Positions 1-14,258 are shown, counted from the first letter of the stretch. The stretch: 64,000 nucleotides of DNA from Octopus sinensis (GCF_006345805.1 NC_043011.1:39692464-39756463), one strand, 5' to 3'. Notes: a model not told the origin generated them from the letters alone. Program-made: numbers and translations.

Positions 1-219
1 TATACACACATATATATATACATATCTATATATAAAAACACATATCTTTACATATATGTATGTACATATATATACACACACATATTTACATATATTTATA
101 TACATACATATATCTATATACACATATATATTTGCATATATGTATATACACATATATATGCATATATATACATACATATATGTAAATATATACACATATA
201 TATATTTATATTTACATAC

Positions 220-260
<41 letters not shown>

Positions 261-413
261 AACATATATATATATGTATACACACATATATATATATGTA
301 TACATACATATATATATATGTATACATACATATATATATGTATACATACATATATATATATGTATACATATATATATACATACATATATATATATACATA
401 CATATATATATAC

Positions 414-448
<35 letters not shown>

Positions 449-619
449 ACATACATATATATACATACAATATATATATATATATATATATATACATACA
501 TATATATATATGTATACATACATATATATATATATGTATACATACATATATATATATGTATACATACATATATGTATACATACATATATATGTATACATA
601 CATATATATGTATACATAC

Positions 620-667
<48 letters not shown>

Positions 668-715
668 TGCACACCTCATTGATGTTTGAAAACATAATGA
701 TAAAGCACTGTATAT

Positions 716-756
<41 letters not shown>

Positions 757-1199
757 TATGTATGTATATATATATATGTATACATATATATATATGTATG
801 TATACATATATATGTATGTATACATATATATATATATGTATGTATACATATATAATATATGTATGTATACATATATATATATATGTTTGTGTGTATATAT
901 ATATATATATATAATATATATATATATATGTATGTATATAAATATATGTAAATATGTGTGTGTATATATATGTACATACATATATGTATACATATATATA
1001 TGTATATATATATATATATGTGTATATACATATATGCAAATATATATGTGTATATAGATATATGTATGTATATAAATATATGTAAATATGTGTGTGTATA
1101 TATATGTACATACATATATGTAAAGATATGTGTTTTTATATATAGATATATATATATATATGTATATACATATATATATGTATATATATAGATATATAT

Positions 1200-1243
<44 letters not shown>

Positions 1244-1512
1244 ATATATATATACACAATATATATCTATATATATACATATAAATATATATACAACATA
1301 TATATATATATATATATAAAAACACATATCTTTACATATATGTATGTACATATATATACACACACATATTTACATATATTATATACATACATATATCTAT
1401 ATACACATATATATTTGCATATATGTATATACACATATATATGCATATATATACATACATATATGTAAATATATACACATATATATATTTATATTTACAT
1501 ACATATATATTT

Positions 1513-1547
<35 letters not shown>

Positions 1548-1747
1548 AACATATATATATGTATATACACATATATATATATGTATACATACATATATAT
1601 ATATATGTATACATACATATATATATGTATACATACATATATATATATGTATACATATATATATATACATACATATATATATATACATACATATATATAC
1701 ATATATATATATATACATACATATATATATATATATGTATACATACA

Positions 1748-1788
<41 letters not shown>

Positions 1789-1916
1789 ATACATACATAT
1801 ATATATATATGTATACATACATTATATATATATATGTATACATACATATATATATATTGTATACATACATATATATGTATACATACATATATATGTATAC
1901 ATACATATATATGTAT

Positions 1917-1971
<55 letters not shown>

Positions 1972-2025
1972 TGCACACCTCATTGATGTTTGAAAACATA
2001 ATGATAAAGCACTGTATATACATAT

Positions 2026-2059
<34 letters not shown>

Positions 2060-2060
2060 A
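1..2060. repeat. Complex TA/TACA satellite with direct and inverted duplicated blocks
   Basis: A unique tag (acacctcattgatgtttgaaaacataatgataaagcactg) occurs at 671 and 1975. Block ~720-1230 is the reverse complement of the flanking blocks. Confidence 0.9.
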
Positions 2061-3060
2061 CTTTGGAGAAACTGTTAAGCAACAATATCTCATCACAGAA
2101 GAAATGTCACTATCACACACATTCACCCACACACACACAATTATATACAAGTGAGTTTCTACATGGTCACTAGACCTGCTAGAAATAACACCTAAACCTC
2201 CCTCGAATCACACCCTACCATCCGACACAAGAGAAGGGATACAGATATCAGTCTAACAGGTGTGTAGTCTTTGATCACAGATCAGCTCAATTAGATCAGA
2301 CCTGAATCTAAACAACAGCAATATAAAGCTTGATTAAAAAGGAGATATTTTCTCTGTGAATAATATAAGAAATGGGGTTGGGGAAAGAAATGAAATATAA
2401 ATAAAAAATAAAACATTTTTCACCCTTGAGCTAGCTCTCCGGCTCTAATTTATTTATTTTTGTGCCAAAATATGAGAATACCATCAATGTGGGTTACTCA
2501 ATCTTCTAGAAATAACAGCTAGATATCCCACATAATCACATTCTACCACTATTGGAAAAAACAAAATTAAAAAAAAAAAAAATGAAAAAAACAAAGCAAA
2601 AGGTATCAAGACATATGCATCCAGGATACATTATACTTTAAACAGTGACGGGATGATCACAGCTTGAATGCAACTGATCCTAGGTCTACTCAATCAAAGC
2701 CTGACCTTGGTCGGACTCAACAACCACGACAAGTACTATGTAACAGAATAGGATTCCCTTGAATTCTATAACATGTTTAGATTTCCAGCAAGGTATTTGC
2801 CCCAGAAAACTAATATTGTTCATGGAAAATGAATACAGAGATCAGCACAAAGACCCTAAACCTAATCCCGCGGATGATCTTAATTCAGATTAGAACCCCT
2901 TCATTTGCATTTGTTTATTATAGCAAGTTTAAGCACAAACATTAGATTAATAGAATTTTTGGGGGGTATAATTTTAAAATATTGAGCTTAATTCTGCTGT
3001 ATGTATGTGATGTCTTACCTTGCTTCAATAATCTACACCGCAGTTACTAACCATACACAC

Positions 3061-3100
<40 letters not shown>

Positions 3101-3132
3101 GCACAGACACACATATGTATATATACATATAT

Positions 3133-3163
<31 letters not shown>

Positions 3164-3477
3164 CATATATAAACATACACACATATACATATCTATAAAC
3201 AAATGCACATACACATTTATACCGATGCAAACACTTATTCACATATACATTCAAGGTGAAAAATCACCATGACCTCCAGATTGATAGCTGATGAAGGGCG
3301 ACCTCTGTTTATGCCTTCTTTGTTTTGGTCTTGCTTCTTATTTTCGTTGTCCTCCATGTCTATTTTCTCCCCCACTGCCACCAACACACACCCTACTTGG
3401 CAATGTATCCAGCAAGGAGTATGATTCAGTTTACAATTTCTCATCCCCCCCTCTCTCTCTCCCCCAGTTTCTACATG

Positions 3478-3731
3478 CTAAGAGTTACTACTATATTCGT
3501 TTCAAATTTTGGCACAAGGCCAGCAAGTTCGTGGGAGGTGTTTAAGTCAATCACATCAACCCCAGTGTTTAACTGGTACTTATTTTTATCGACCCTGAAA
3601 GGATGACAGGCAAAGCCAACCGTAGCAGAATTTGAACTCAGAACATAAAGATGGACGAGATGCCGCTAAGCATTTTGCCCAGTGTGCTAACAATTCTGCC
3701 AGCTCGCCACCCTAAGAGTTACTACTATATT
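3478..3731 (-). mobile_element. SINE-A copy with a perfect 20-bp target-site duplication
   Basis: ctaagagttactactatatt at 3478-3497 and 3712-3731 flanks the element. Confidence 0.92.
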
Positions 3732-3779
3732 GAGGATTGTAATGCAGTATATTGATGTGAATCAAGAAAATGTTAGAGA

Positions 3780-5420
3780 GAAGCATATATGATATTACAG
3801 TAGTGTAGTTGCCTTCACTAACACTAAGAAAAAGAGACAAGGAAATGCTACTACAACAGGTTGATCAATGGACAGAATGTATAGGAGAGAGTGGGATCTA
3901 CTCTGAGCAGACCCAAAAGAAAGGGCAGTTATTAAAGTTGACAATTAGACTGTTAAAAGCGTGGTTAGGAATATGAAAGCTAGTAAACAGCTGAACCGTT
4001 AAGGGGGAATCACTGAGATACTGAAAATATCCAGTGAAGTAGAACACATGTGAGTCAATGAGTCAATCAGAGTACAGAGAACTGTTCCATGCAATGACCG
4101 GAATAGTATTATCCTCACAACTGGAGGTCAAACGAGATGTGCTAAAAAGAAGCGACAGCAGAAGCATTAAACTGACAGAGTACATCAAGAAAATGACAGA
4201 GAAGAGAGCACTACAGATTAGAAAGCCAGGCTGTCTGTGGGGTGCTCCTGTATGCTGATGATCAAATTCTCAAAGCTAAACCGGACAAAGAATTTGAGAA
4301 GGAATTTCAAATCTTTAACCTTTTAGTATTCAGATTTCTTTGTCAAATGTAAAGCTAATTTATTCACATTGTTTTGAATTACTCATGCATTATCATGTAG
4401 CTTCACGATTTCCTTGGTGTATTTGTATATTTTTAGAACAACATGGTAGGGTAGGTGTGAGAGGTTGAATCAGGTCAGTTTAAACATAAAACAGGTAGAA
4501 TATTTGGGCTGGATATGGCTGGATTAAATGCTAAAGATTTAAGCAAAGTATAACATTGAGAAATCTCAAAGTAAACCCAGCAAAGACAAAAGCTCTGGTT
4601 AGCAGAAAAGACAACACAACTCTACTATCATCAGAGGTGGCCTTGATCAGTATGCAGAAAAGGAGTAAATAGTGGGTAGGAACTTTGTATTTTGTATTAT
4701 ATGTAAACTATGGGTGTACAAGAGATTGAGTGAGATCACAGGTAGACTGATAGAGAAGAAAGACTGTGTATGGCAGGCACACGGTTAGCAGCCAGTGTAC
4801 TCATGAAATGAATTCTTTCAAACACTTGGAAGGGTCCCAGGTATTAGTTGTTAGCTTCTGTTACCTTGATGATTTAATCAGCAGTGGAGGCAAGAAATTT
4901 CTAGAACCATTGAAATTGGAGTATGAACAACATGGCAGAAGTTCAGGGAGGTTTTTTTTTATCTGCTGACAATACAGGGATTCTTTCTCTGGATGAAAGG
5001 CAGCTTGTATGATGCTTGTGTATAAAGTGGGATGTGACTATTGTAGCAAAACGTGGGCACTGAATGCAGTGGATGTGTGAACATTGAAAGGAAATGAAGC
5101 GAGCATATTTCATTTGTGAATAAACTGAGAGGAAAAAAAAACCTGGGTATAAGGGGAATCAGATGTAATGTATACGAGAGGCAACAATGTTGGTGAAGAC
5201 ATGACATTTAAGGAGGTTGACAGCTGAGTCAAGAAGCACCAAGCAATTTAAGTGGAAGGAATTTAAGATAGAGAAGACATAGGAAGAAGCTAAAGCTCAT
5301 TTCAGGGCGCTGAGCTTTTTGAAGATGATTAAGGACAGCGATAAAGGGTGAGATGCTGCGCTTGAGAACACCTGTCCAACCCATGCAAGCAAGGAAGAGT
5401 GAATGTAAAAATGACAATGT
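3780..5420 (+). mobile_element. Decayed, internally deleted RTE/RTEX-type LINE (RT domain through 3' tail)
   Basis: Recognisable frame fragments: MKASK..GITEILKIS (~3970-4040), LYADD at 4248-4262, KVNPAKTK, a Cys-rich CRKG..C..CKLWV insert, SFCYLDD-ISSGG, LYDACV..TWALNA, and a tail ccaacccatgcaagc. Many stops and frameshifts; boundaries approximate. Confidence 0.88.
4315..4542. mobile_element. piggyBac-like MITE (TTAA target site) inserted in the LINE RT
   Basis: TTAA at 4315-4318 and 4539-4542 with degenerate terminal inverted repeats. Removing it restores the LINE frame (FQI-FKQSITLRNLKVNP). Related copies lie at ~30920-31650 and ~33300-33483. Confidence 0.8.
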
Positions 5421-5724
5421 TTCATGTATCTATGCACGCACACACACACACACACACACACATACACAAGTACACACATATCAGTAAATACTAAAAAAAA
5501 AAGCATAATATACCATTAGTAAAATTAGAGTTAGAAATTTAAAAAAAACAGAACTGTAACTGAAAATATATTGTATTAATGTCTTGTATATTAAATAAAC
5601 AATTTAAAACTAAAATTAACAAGCAAGTAAACACAGAAACACTTATTAATGGTGTTAATTACAAGCATTAAATCTCCAACCAACAAGATTAGGCATTGAC
5701 ATTATTTGCAGTTATACAAATACC

Positions 5725-5795
<71 letters not shown>

Positions 5796-5837
5796 ATTCA
5801 CTCACATATATACAATATTATATACATATTTATTATA

Positions 5838-5945
5838 TCAAAGTTGATAGTCTGATAGTCTGCTCTGAGTTTTTATCCTTAGCTGGGTTGTGCAGTCATG
5901 AATAGCCCAGCTAAGATTAAACTAAGAGAAGACTATCAACTTTGA
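5838..5945. repeat. 108-bp hairpin / mini-MITE
   Basis: Perfect 16-bp outer arms tcaaagttgatagtct / agactatcaactttga; inner stem cttagctggg / cccagctaag. Confidence 0.85.
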
Positions 5946-6413
5946 CAAAATAAGTATATCTATCTATCCACTCTACCCAGCATGCTGAGTTTCAAACCGG
6001 ATAATGTTAGAGCAATGTAAAATATATAATTCATACTTCATACTACTATCACATGACCATACAATATACATACGCACGTATACACATACACATACGTGTG
6101 TGTGTGTGTGTATGTGTGTGTGTGCATGTTGAACATCACTTGTGAGTCACCAATAAATCAATTTCTCTGGGTGAGTGTGCATGCATGGCAATGTATCGAT
6201 GTATTGTTCAGTCCACCATCAATAAGCTCATCATCTCAGAAGTCTGTTAGGTTTGACGATGATGATGATGGTCTGAGCAAAGTAAACCGATCTTGGTTAC
6301 TATTGGTTGTAGTGATTACGTATGCCATGAGAAAGAAAGAGAGCAGAAGGGAAGGAAAAAAATTTTAGTGAATTTGAAGGTGGATGTTTTTTTATATATT
6401 ACATTTTCATGAA

Positions 6414-6448
<35 letters not shown>

Positions 6449-6608
6449 TGCAGGAGTGGCTGTGTGGTAAGTATCTTGCTTACCAATCGCATGGTCCTGG
6501 GTTCAGTCCCACTGCATGGCACCTTGGGTAAGTGTCTTCCACTATAGCCTCAGGCCAACTAAAGCCTTGTGAGTGGATTTGGTAGACGGAAACTGAAAGA
6601 AGCCCGTC

Positions 6609-6650
<42 letters not shown>

Positions 6651-7941
6651 GAAAGTTGTTATATCTTCAGCTATTGGTTTTGATATTTCAGTTTAATAGA
6701 AAGGTACGTTCTTTCTTTTCTACATCTATAATTACTTTTTAAATAGTGGATTGATGTCAAAAACATACAATCCTCACTAATAAGAATAAAGTTTCTGAAA
6801 TGCAAAGAGAAATTCGAAGGATTACTTTGGTCCAATGGTAGAACGCCTTTCGTGTGTGCAGGAGATGTGGGTTCAAGCCCTATAGGAAGCCTTTAATCTC
6901 TTCCATTCAAGGGCTTTTTAACCCAATATTTGCATGTTATTATTTAGAGCATTACAAAAAAGAATTCATGTTCTAAGTTTTTAAATTCTTACTATCATTT
7001 TATTATATTATCTTATCATTATTATAAATATGGTTTTAGATTACTTCATCATGTCTATGATATAATATTATATTATTTTTTTATTCTTTAATATAATAGT
7101 CACCCACCGTCAACTTCGATGTATGAATGTCTGAAGCAAACGATTAAAGGATTTTAAGGGGTGGGGGCTTCCTCTCTTACTGAAGCCAGAGCAAATTCAT
7201 TAATTTATTATTAATTATTATTTCATCATCAAAATTATTATTTTATCATTAAAGTTAAGATTTTACAAAATTGATTTTTATAGTTTTCTATTTATCAGCA
7301 TTGTTTGAACATCCATTTTTCCATGCCTGCATGGGTCAGGCAGAATTCAGCTATTTTCTATCGCTGAATGCCCTTCTGGTTAATAATCTTCACCTACTTT
7401 CAAGCAGGGCCAGAGGCCAGATGCGTTCTTGCAGAAGATTGGAAACAAAGGACACTGTCTGTATGCTGGTGAGTCTCATTTACAACTATCACATCATATC
7501 AAGATGAGGAGGCACAATCATAAACAATTGCAGGCACACACATACAAATGGGGAAATAAACCATTATCACTATTATTATTATTATATCTTATTCTTGTCA
7601 GACCTTGTGGCTTATAAAGAAAAAATTATTATTATTTTTCGTTTTTGGATTTGGTTTGCAAGATTCTTTATATGAGTTTGTGTGTTGAAGCATATTCTGT
7701 TGTGTCTGGGGAGAGTCATTTTCTTTTTGTGCCTTATTATTTAACACACTCACTGGTAAAATTTCCACTTATTTCTTATTTTTATTTTCCTAAAATTTTC
7801 ATTGCATGTTGTAACCTTTTCAATAAAAATAAGAAATAAGTGGAAATTTTACCAGTGAGTGTGTTAAATAATAAGGCACAAAAAGAAAATGACTCTCTCC
7901 AGACACAACAGATTATTATTATCATTATTATTATTATTAGC

Positions 7942-7975
<34 letters not shown>

Positions 7976-8499
7976 AGGGTGCATTGGCCTAGTAAGGCAT
8001 TGCAATCATGATTGGGAGATTGTGGTTTCAATTCCTGGACTGAGTGGTGTGTTGCGTTCTTGAGCAAAAACATTTCCTCTCATGCCGCTCTGCGATCACT
8101 TCAACACTTGACGAGCAGTACACCGTCCACCTGTTCAGGCAACATCGATTTGATGAAGAGAGTGAGCTAATGATGTGTGGCACAAACATTTGTGCAGGTC
8201 ATTCAGCAAGAGCTGAACACCCATAAGTTGTTTTTGACGAGAGAGAGCAGCAGCAGCAATAGTAGTAGTAGTAGTAGCAGCAGCAGTAGTAGTGTTGTTA
8301 TTGTTGTCTATTGTTTAGATATACAACTACATTGTACAAAGCATCATTTCTCTTTCAAGACATTACGATGGAAATTTGAGGGAAATTTGGCTCTTATTTC
8401 TAGCAAGTTGAGCAACCTCATTAGCTCATCAATAAACATTACTGACTATAGTTAGTATTGTTGTTACAATTTGGAGTTGTTAGCATAATAATAATAATG

Positions 8500-8538
<39 letters not shown>

Positions 8539-8771
8539 TAATAATAATAATAATGAGTTGTTATTAAAAGAAGTTTTTTCTATTTTTCCTGATATAGGCA
8601 CAAGGCCTGAAATAGGACGAGAGGAGTTCTCAATCATATTGACCCCAGTACTTGACTGGTACATAAATTATTGACCCTGATTGATCACAAAATATCTCAG
8701 GACATCCAAAAATACAAAATGAATTCTTATGGCTTAAAAGAATTACATTAAAATTGCTGCTGTTATTATTA

Positions 8772-8808
<37 letters not shown>

Positions 8809-9421
8809 GATAGAATTATTGTAGGACTTAACTGAAAATAGCTAGAATGAGAGAAGAAGGCCAGCATGAGATGAACTGGAGTGAAGGCAGGGAGCTTACT
8901 TAGGAAAAGCTGAAGTGAGGGGAAAAAGAGAATGGAGAGACTGCTTACTTGAGAAGAACTGGAATGAGGGAAGCAGGCTTATTTGAGAATTGGAGGAAGG
9001 AAAAAAAAAAGGTTTGGAGGAAGTGGATAGTCAATGAAATCAGGCCTAGTATAGAAGTACTTAACTAGTATGTTAATTCATTAACTCCAAAAGCATCTAA
9101 GGCAAGGTTGATTTCGGTGGGATTCTGACTCAAAACATGAAGAGCAATAACAGAAAACACAAGGAATTTTCTCTGATGTTCCAGTGATTCTGCAAGTCCA
9201 ATGCCCTTAAACAGTAAAGAGAAGCACAAGACTAGAAATCTGAGGAGGAGGGGAACAGTCAATGACGCTGACCCTAGTGCCTGGTTGGAACTTTAACTTA
9301 TTCGCCCCAGAAAGATGAAAGGCAAAATTTAGCTCAGGAGGATCTAAATAAAGTAATTCTGAATACAGGAACAAATACTCTAAAGTAATTTTTCTAAGGC
9401 TCTAATGACTCTCCCAAACCC

Positions 9422-9463
<42 letters not shown>

Positions 9464-9695
9464 TTAATGGCTTCAAATTTTGCCACAAGGGCAGCAATTT
9501 TGGGGGAGGGGTGATTTGATTGCATCGACCCCAGAGTTCGACTGGTACTTATTTTGTCGACCCCGGAAGAAGGAACGGCAAAGTCAACCTTGGAGGAATT
9601 TGAACTCAGAACGTAAAGATGGATGAAATAAAAAACGAATGAAAAACCGCTAAGCATTTCAGTCAACATGCTAACAATTCTGCCAGCTTACCACC

Positions 9696-9735
<40 letters not shown>

Positions 9736-10575
9736 TAACAGTAATAATCCTTTTTTGCCTATAGGCACAAGGCCTGAAATTTTAGGGGAGGGTTAAGTCG
9801 ATTACATCAAACCTGGTGCAGAACTGGTACTTGTTTAATCGACTCTGAAAGGATGAAAGGCAAAGTCGACTTTGACGGAATTTGAACTCAGAATGTAAAA
9901 ACAAACGAAATGCCGCTAAGCATTTTGCCCAGCATGCTACTGGTTCTTCCAACTCACTACCTTAATAATAATAATAATGATAGTAATAATGATGATGATG
10001 ATAATAAAATTATCATGAAGGAAACTAAAATGTAGTTGAAAAATTTCCAGTAAGAAGACATAAGTTTTTTTAATCATTGATTAAATATAGATTTTGGTGG
10101 TTGGAGCTGGGGGGGGGGGGGGCTGGACAGAAAAACAATGTAAGTTTACATTGGCAGACTATAAAAAACACAAAGGGACTTTCATATTTCATCATTAATA
10201 AGAAATACTAATCTTATGATCTCTTTCTTTCTCTGTATTATTATTTCTAATAAATACCTTTCATTTTTACTTTATCATGCTCTTTTCATATATATATATA
10301 TATATCACACATACACACACACACACATATATATATATATAAATATATATGTACAAATATACAAACTCACATGCACACACACACTCACACATATATGTGT
10401 ATATGTTTCACTTGTTTGTCGGTTGACTCGATCTGAGACTATATATTGAAACTGGTCACTGACAGTTGTTCTTCAAATGCAGTAGAACTGTCAGCTGTCA
10501 GGTGAACTTATTGTATAATTGCAACAAAAATGTTCTGATGTTTCATAACAGATAGCCCAAATTAAGAAATAAACA

Positions 10576-10615
<40 letters not shown>

Positions 10616-11119
10616 TGTCTTTTGTGGGTGTTCCCCAACAGTTAAAATTATTCTTCAATTCTTCAATAACAAGTCCCTCACACACACACATACACAAATA
10701 TGCATGCTATATGTTTCATTAAATGTGCAACTATATTCAATTTACCTTTTGTTTATCTTATATGTTCCATATTTTCTTATTAATGTTTCACTGTTCATTT
10801 GGAACTGTACAGTTCCTAAATCCATATTCAAAGTTTTAAGATCTACACAGACTCATTACCAAAATTTGAAATGAAAATATCTAGCATCTGTGTTGGTTCT
10901 TATAAATACACTGATTGATCACATAACACAAACAGATATTTTCATTTCAATTCTTGGTGATGCGACTGTGAAGTTCTAGAAACCTCATACATGAATTTAG
11001 GAAAAACTGTAAATAAAACTAATAAAATATGTAAGTAAAATAAAATAAAAATGATAAAATTTGAACACAGTTGTTTATTTAATGAAACATGCATAAAAAA
11101 AATCTATTCCCCATATATA

Positions 11120-11166
<47 letters not shown>

Positions 11167-11842
11167 TTATACTCTATCAATCTAGTGTTGAGTGTTCTTA
11201 TCTTTATACATGTTACACTCATATTTGTTTTGTAGACACACACACACACACTTACACATAAATTGAAGTATGAGTATTTTATGAGTTTATGAGTAAGCAG
11301 GGGAGAGGAAAGTGTTACTAGAACGAAAACATATTCATGGATAATGAAATTGTTACACACACACACAAACTCACACACACACACACACATGCATGCACAC
11401 ACACATGCATGCACATATATACTCCTCCATTTTCATGCGTCGTCTTCATCCATTATAATGGACAAACAAAAATGTAGACAAAACAGACAAAAATAAAAAA
11501 TTAAAAATTAAAACAAACAAAAACAATTATATAAACAGTTTCTGGCTGTGGGTAAGGAATTGCTGCTGCTACTTCCAAATGTGCCATTATTGCCATGACA
11601 TGGTAGATAATTAATTAGTAATTGGTGTGATTTTCTTTTGGGTTTTCTTTTTTTGTTGTTGTTGTCTTTTATTTTTGTTTTTGCAAGGTAAGGAACAATT
11701 ATATTGAGTGAGAGAAAGGGAGAGGGAGGAATTAGCTGGCAGTTGTAGTTTTTCCTTTGTTTGTTTTTCTTTTGCTTATGTGTTCATGTGTGTGTGTGTG
11801 TGTGTGTTTGTGTGCATGTGTGCAGAAAGAAGAGGGTTTAAA

Positions 11843-11953
11843 TTAGACTTGGTCACCATGGGAACCGGGCAGATTGATGCGCAGGCTTAATTGGTGGTGG
11901 TTACTTTCACCAAGTCCAAGGTCTCCGCTTGTTGCATCATCTTCCAAGTTAAT
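11843..11953 (-). CDS. SLC9A6/7/9-like: NHE distal terminal exon F2: INLEDDATSGDLGLGESNHHQLSLRINLPGSHGDQV*
   Basis: cttatgctttctttccaacag|ATTAAC...GTCTAA, phase 0. GDLGLG matches the NHE9 C-terminal EGDLGLGG motif (recalled). Followed by UTR-like sequence with AATAAA at 11668-11673. Confidence 0.85.
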   Translation of the reverse strand: MNLEDDATSGDLGLGESNHHQLSLRINLPGSHGDQV

Positions 11954-11994
11954 CTGTTGGAAAGAAAGCATAAGATATTTAGTTTTATTAATTA

Positions 11995-12367
11995 CTAGCA
12001 GTATCGCCCGGCGTTGCTCGGGTTTGTAAGGGAAATAACTATAAAGCATTTTTAGAGAGTTATAGCCAAAAAATGGAAAAAAAATTATGGTAAATTTTTT
12101 TTTTAGTTAAAAAGGTCGAGTTGCGTCCCCATGACAGTCTGTGGTTTGTGTTTCTGATTCTCGACCCCATGTCGAATTTATCGATTTTTTTCAGAACTGG
12201 GGGGAACTTTTCAAAATTTTCGCTGCGTTAGTTTTGAATTATGACATTGGGCTATGTGTGTGTCAAGTTTCATCAGAATCGGTTGAAAGCCGTGGTCAGG
12301 GTGAGGGTACAACCTAACAGACACACAGAAACACACACAGACAAACTGCCGTTTATATATAGAGAGA
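11995..12367 (-). mobile_element. Non-autonomous Helitron-like element
   Basis: On the minus strand it starts TC (a|tctctctatatataaa) and ends with the hairpin cccgagcaacgccggg followed by CTAG|t. Inserted at A|T with no target-site duplication. Confidence 0.8.
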
Positions 12368-12679
12368 TTTATGAAAATTGACATAATTCTACAGAGAAAA
12401 TACAAGATCAAAAGAGATGTTAAAATATTGTTCAATAAACAAAATCAACTGACATATCAAACTCTTCTGATAGTATCTTATTAATTACTTATTAATATTA
12501 ATCAAATTAGAAAGAAAAAAAACAACACAAAATGCAAAAGTAATTTTTTTCACCTACAGGAGAAAATTCCATATTAAGACAGAAAACCATAAAAATATTT
12601 ATCAATTTATTAACAGACATAGAACCAATATTTAAAATCACTCTATTTTTATAATGTTATACTTGTACATATTATATAT

Positions 12680-12715
<36 letters not shown>

Positions 12716-13289
12716 TAATAATAATAATAATGGTTTCAAATTTTGCCACAAAGGCAGCCATTTCGGGGGAGGGGATGAGTTAATTACATCGACTCCAGTG
12801 TTCAACTGGTACTTAATTTATCAACCCTGAAAGGATGAAAGGCTAAGTCAACCATGGCAGAATTTGAACTCAGATCAGTGCGACAGGTGAAATACTGCTA
12901 AGCATTTCATCCAGCGTGCTAATGATTCTGCCAACTCGCTGCCTTTATGATAATACTAGCAATGGTTTCGAATTTTGCCACAAGCCCAGGAATTCTGTGG
13001 GAAAAGCTAATTGATAACATAAACCCCAGTGCTCAACCAGTGCTTATTTCATCAACCCCGAAAGGATGTATGGCAAAGTCAACCTCGGCTGAATTTGAAC
13101 ATAAAGACAGGTGAAATGCCATTAAACATTTTGTCCAGCATGTAAATGATTCTGCCAGCTTTCAGATTTAAATAATGATTCTTTCAGCTTTAGGCACATG
13201 GCCTGAAATTTTTGTGGAGGGATCTAGATGATTACATCAACCCCAGGACTTGAGGGGTACTTTATTCTATCAACTCAGGAAGGACAAAA

Positions 13290-13866
13290 AGCAATGAGGC
13301 AATGGGTCATACGCAATGTTTCAAGTGGTACAGGTGCTTCAAAGGTATAAGAACATCCCTGAAAGGCTTGCCACAAGCGTCACCCTTGGAAATGGGGTTT
13401 TGTGCACCAAGAATGCATCCTCTAAGGCCAGGTCGTCAATCGAGAGTTCTACTGTGATATTTTGAAGTGTATGAGGGAGGACATTCAGCGAAAGCAACTG
13501 GATCTGTGGAGCATGGAAACTGGATTCTTCATAACAACAACACAACCTGACCCCAAGTTCTCCCCACTTGTGAGTTTCTCACCAAAACAACATGGTATCA
13601 CTTCTACACCCACCCTACTTCCTCGGATTAAGTACATGCAGACTTCCATCTTTTCCTCAAGATAAAACGCAGCTCAAAGGTTGCCATTTTAGCACCATTG
13701 TCGAGATCCAGAGTGAATCACAGAAAGTCTTCAACTTGTTTACAGAAAACTACTTCCAGGCTGGATTCCAAAAGTAACAAGAACTCTGAGACAGGTGTAT
13801 TGCTGTGCAAGGTGACAGTTTCGAAGGAGATGATGTTAAAGCTGGGGTAAATAAGCTAGTCGTAGG
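13290..13866 (+). mobile_element. Mariner transposase relic (C-terminal part, internally deleted)
   Basis: Frames give VNREFYCDILKCMREDIQRKQLDLW..NWILH, LLHPPY (decayed YSPDLAP region), QLKGCHFSTIVEIQSESQKV and DRCIAVQGDSFEGD. Confidence 0.9.
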
Positions 13867-13869
13867 CAT

Positions 13870-14258
13870 AGGAGTGGCTGTGTGGTAAGTAGCTTGCTTA
13901 CGAACTACATGGTTCCGGGTTCAGTCCCACTGCAAGGTACCTTGGGCAAGTGTTTTCTACTATAACCTCAGGCCGAATAAAGCCTTGTGAGTGGATTTGG
14001 TAGGCAGAAACTGAAAGCCCGTCGTATATATGCATATTTATGTGTATGTTTGTGTGTCTGTGTTTGTACCCCCAAGATCGCTTGACAACCGACGCTGGTG
14101 TGTTTACGTCCCTGTAACTTAGCAGTTCATCAAAAGAGACTGATAGAATAAGTACTAGGCTTACAAAAATTAAGTCCTGGGGTTGATTTGATTGACTAGG
14201 GACAGTGCTCCTGCATGGCCACAGTCAAATAACCAAAACAAGTAAGAGTAAAGAGAGT
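13870..14258 (+). mobile_element. tRNA-derived SINE family B (CORE-like central domain), full length
   Basis: Head aggagtggctgtgtggtaag...gggttcagtccc, central ccttgggcaagtg motif, tail gagtaaagag. Copies at ~6443-6615(+), 18530-18918(-), 26780-27180(-), 44155-44300(+), 49487-49870(-), 57391-57800(-). Confidence 0.9.

Noticed and set aside
56-2085. Long IY/YI/CM-rich ORFs in the track (also 39076-41390, 52615-53560, 59359-59992)
   Set aside because: They are translations of TA/TACA/CATG microsatellites, which lack stops in several frames.
3235-3444. Minus ORF containing DMEDNENKKQDQNKEG…
   Set aside because: No credible acceptor, it lies beyond the NHE stop, and I recognise no homology.
6835-6895. 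tRNA-like sequence (also ~33095-33170 and the SINE heads)
   Set aside because: No intact cloverleaf; these are decayed tRNA-derived repeat heads, not tRNA genes.
7400-7475. Plus-strand AG...GCTG|gtgagt exon-like segment
   Set aside because: It lies inside an interspersed repeat with other copies in the window (~26160-26360, ~57860-58100).
8820-9270. Purine-rich stretch with Cys-rich minus-strand frames
   Set aside because: Possibly a decayed retroelement ORF1, but there is no diagnostic motif to support a call.
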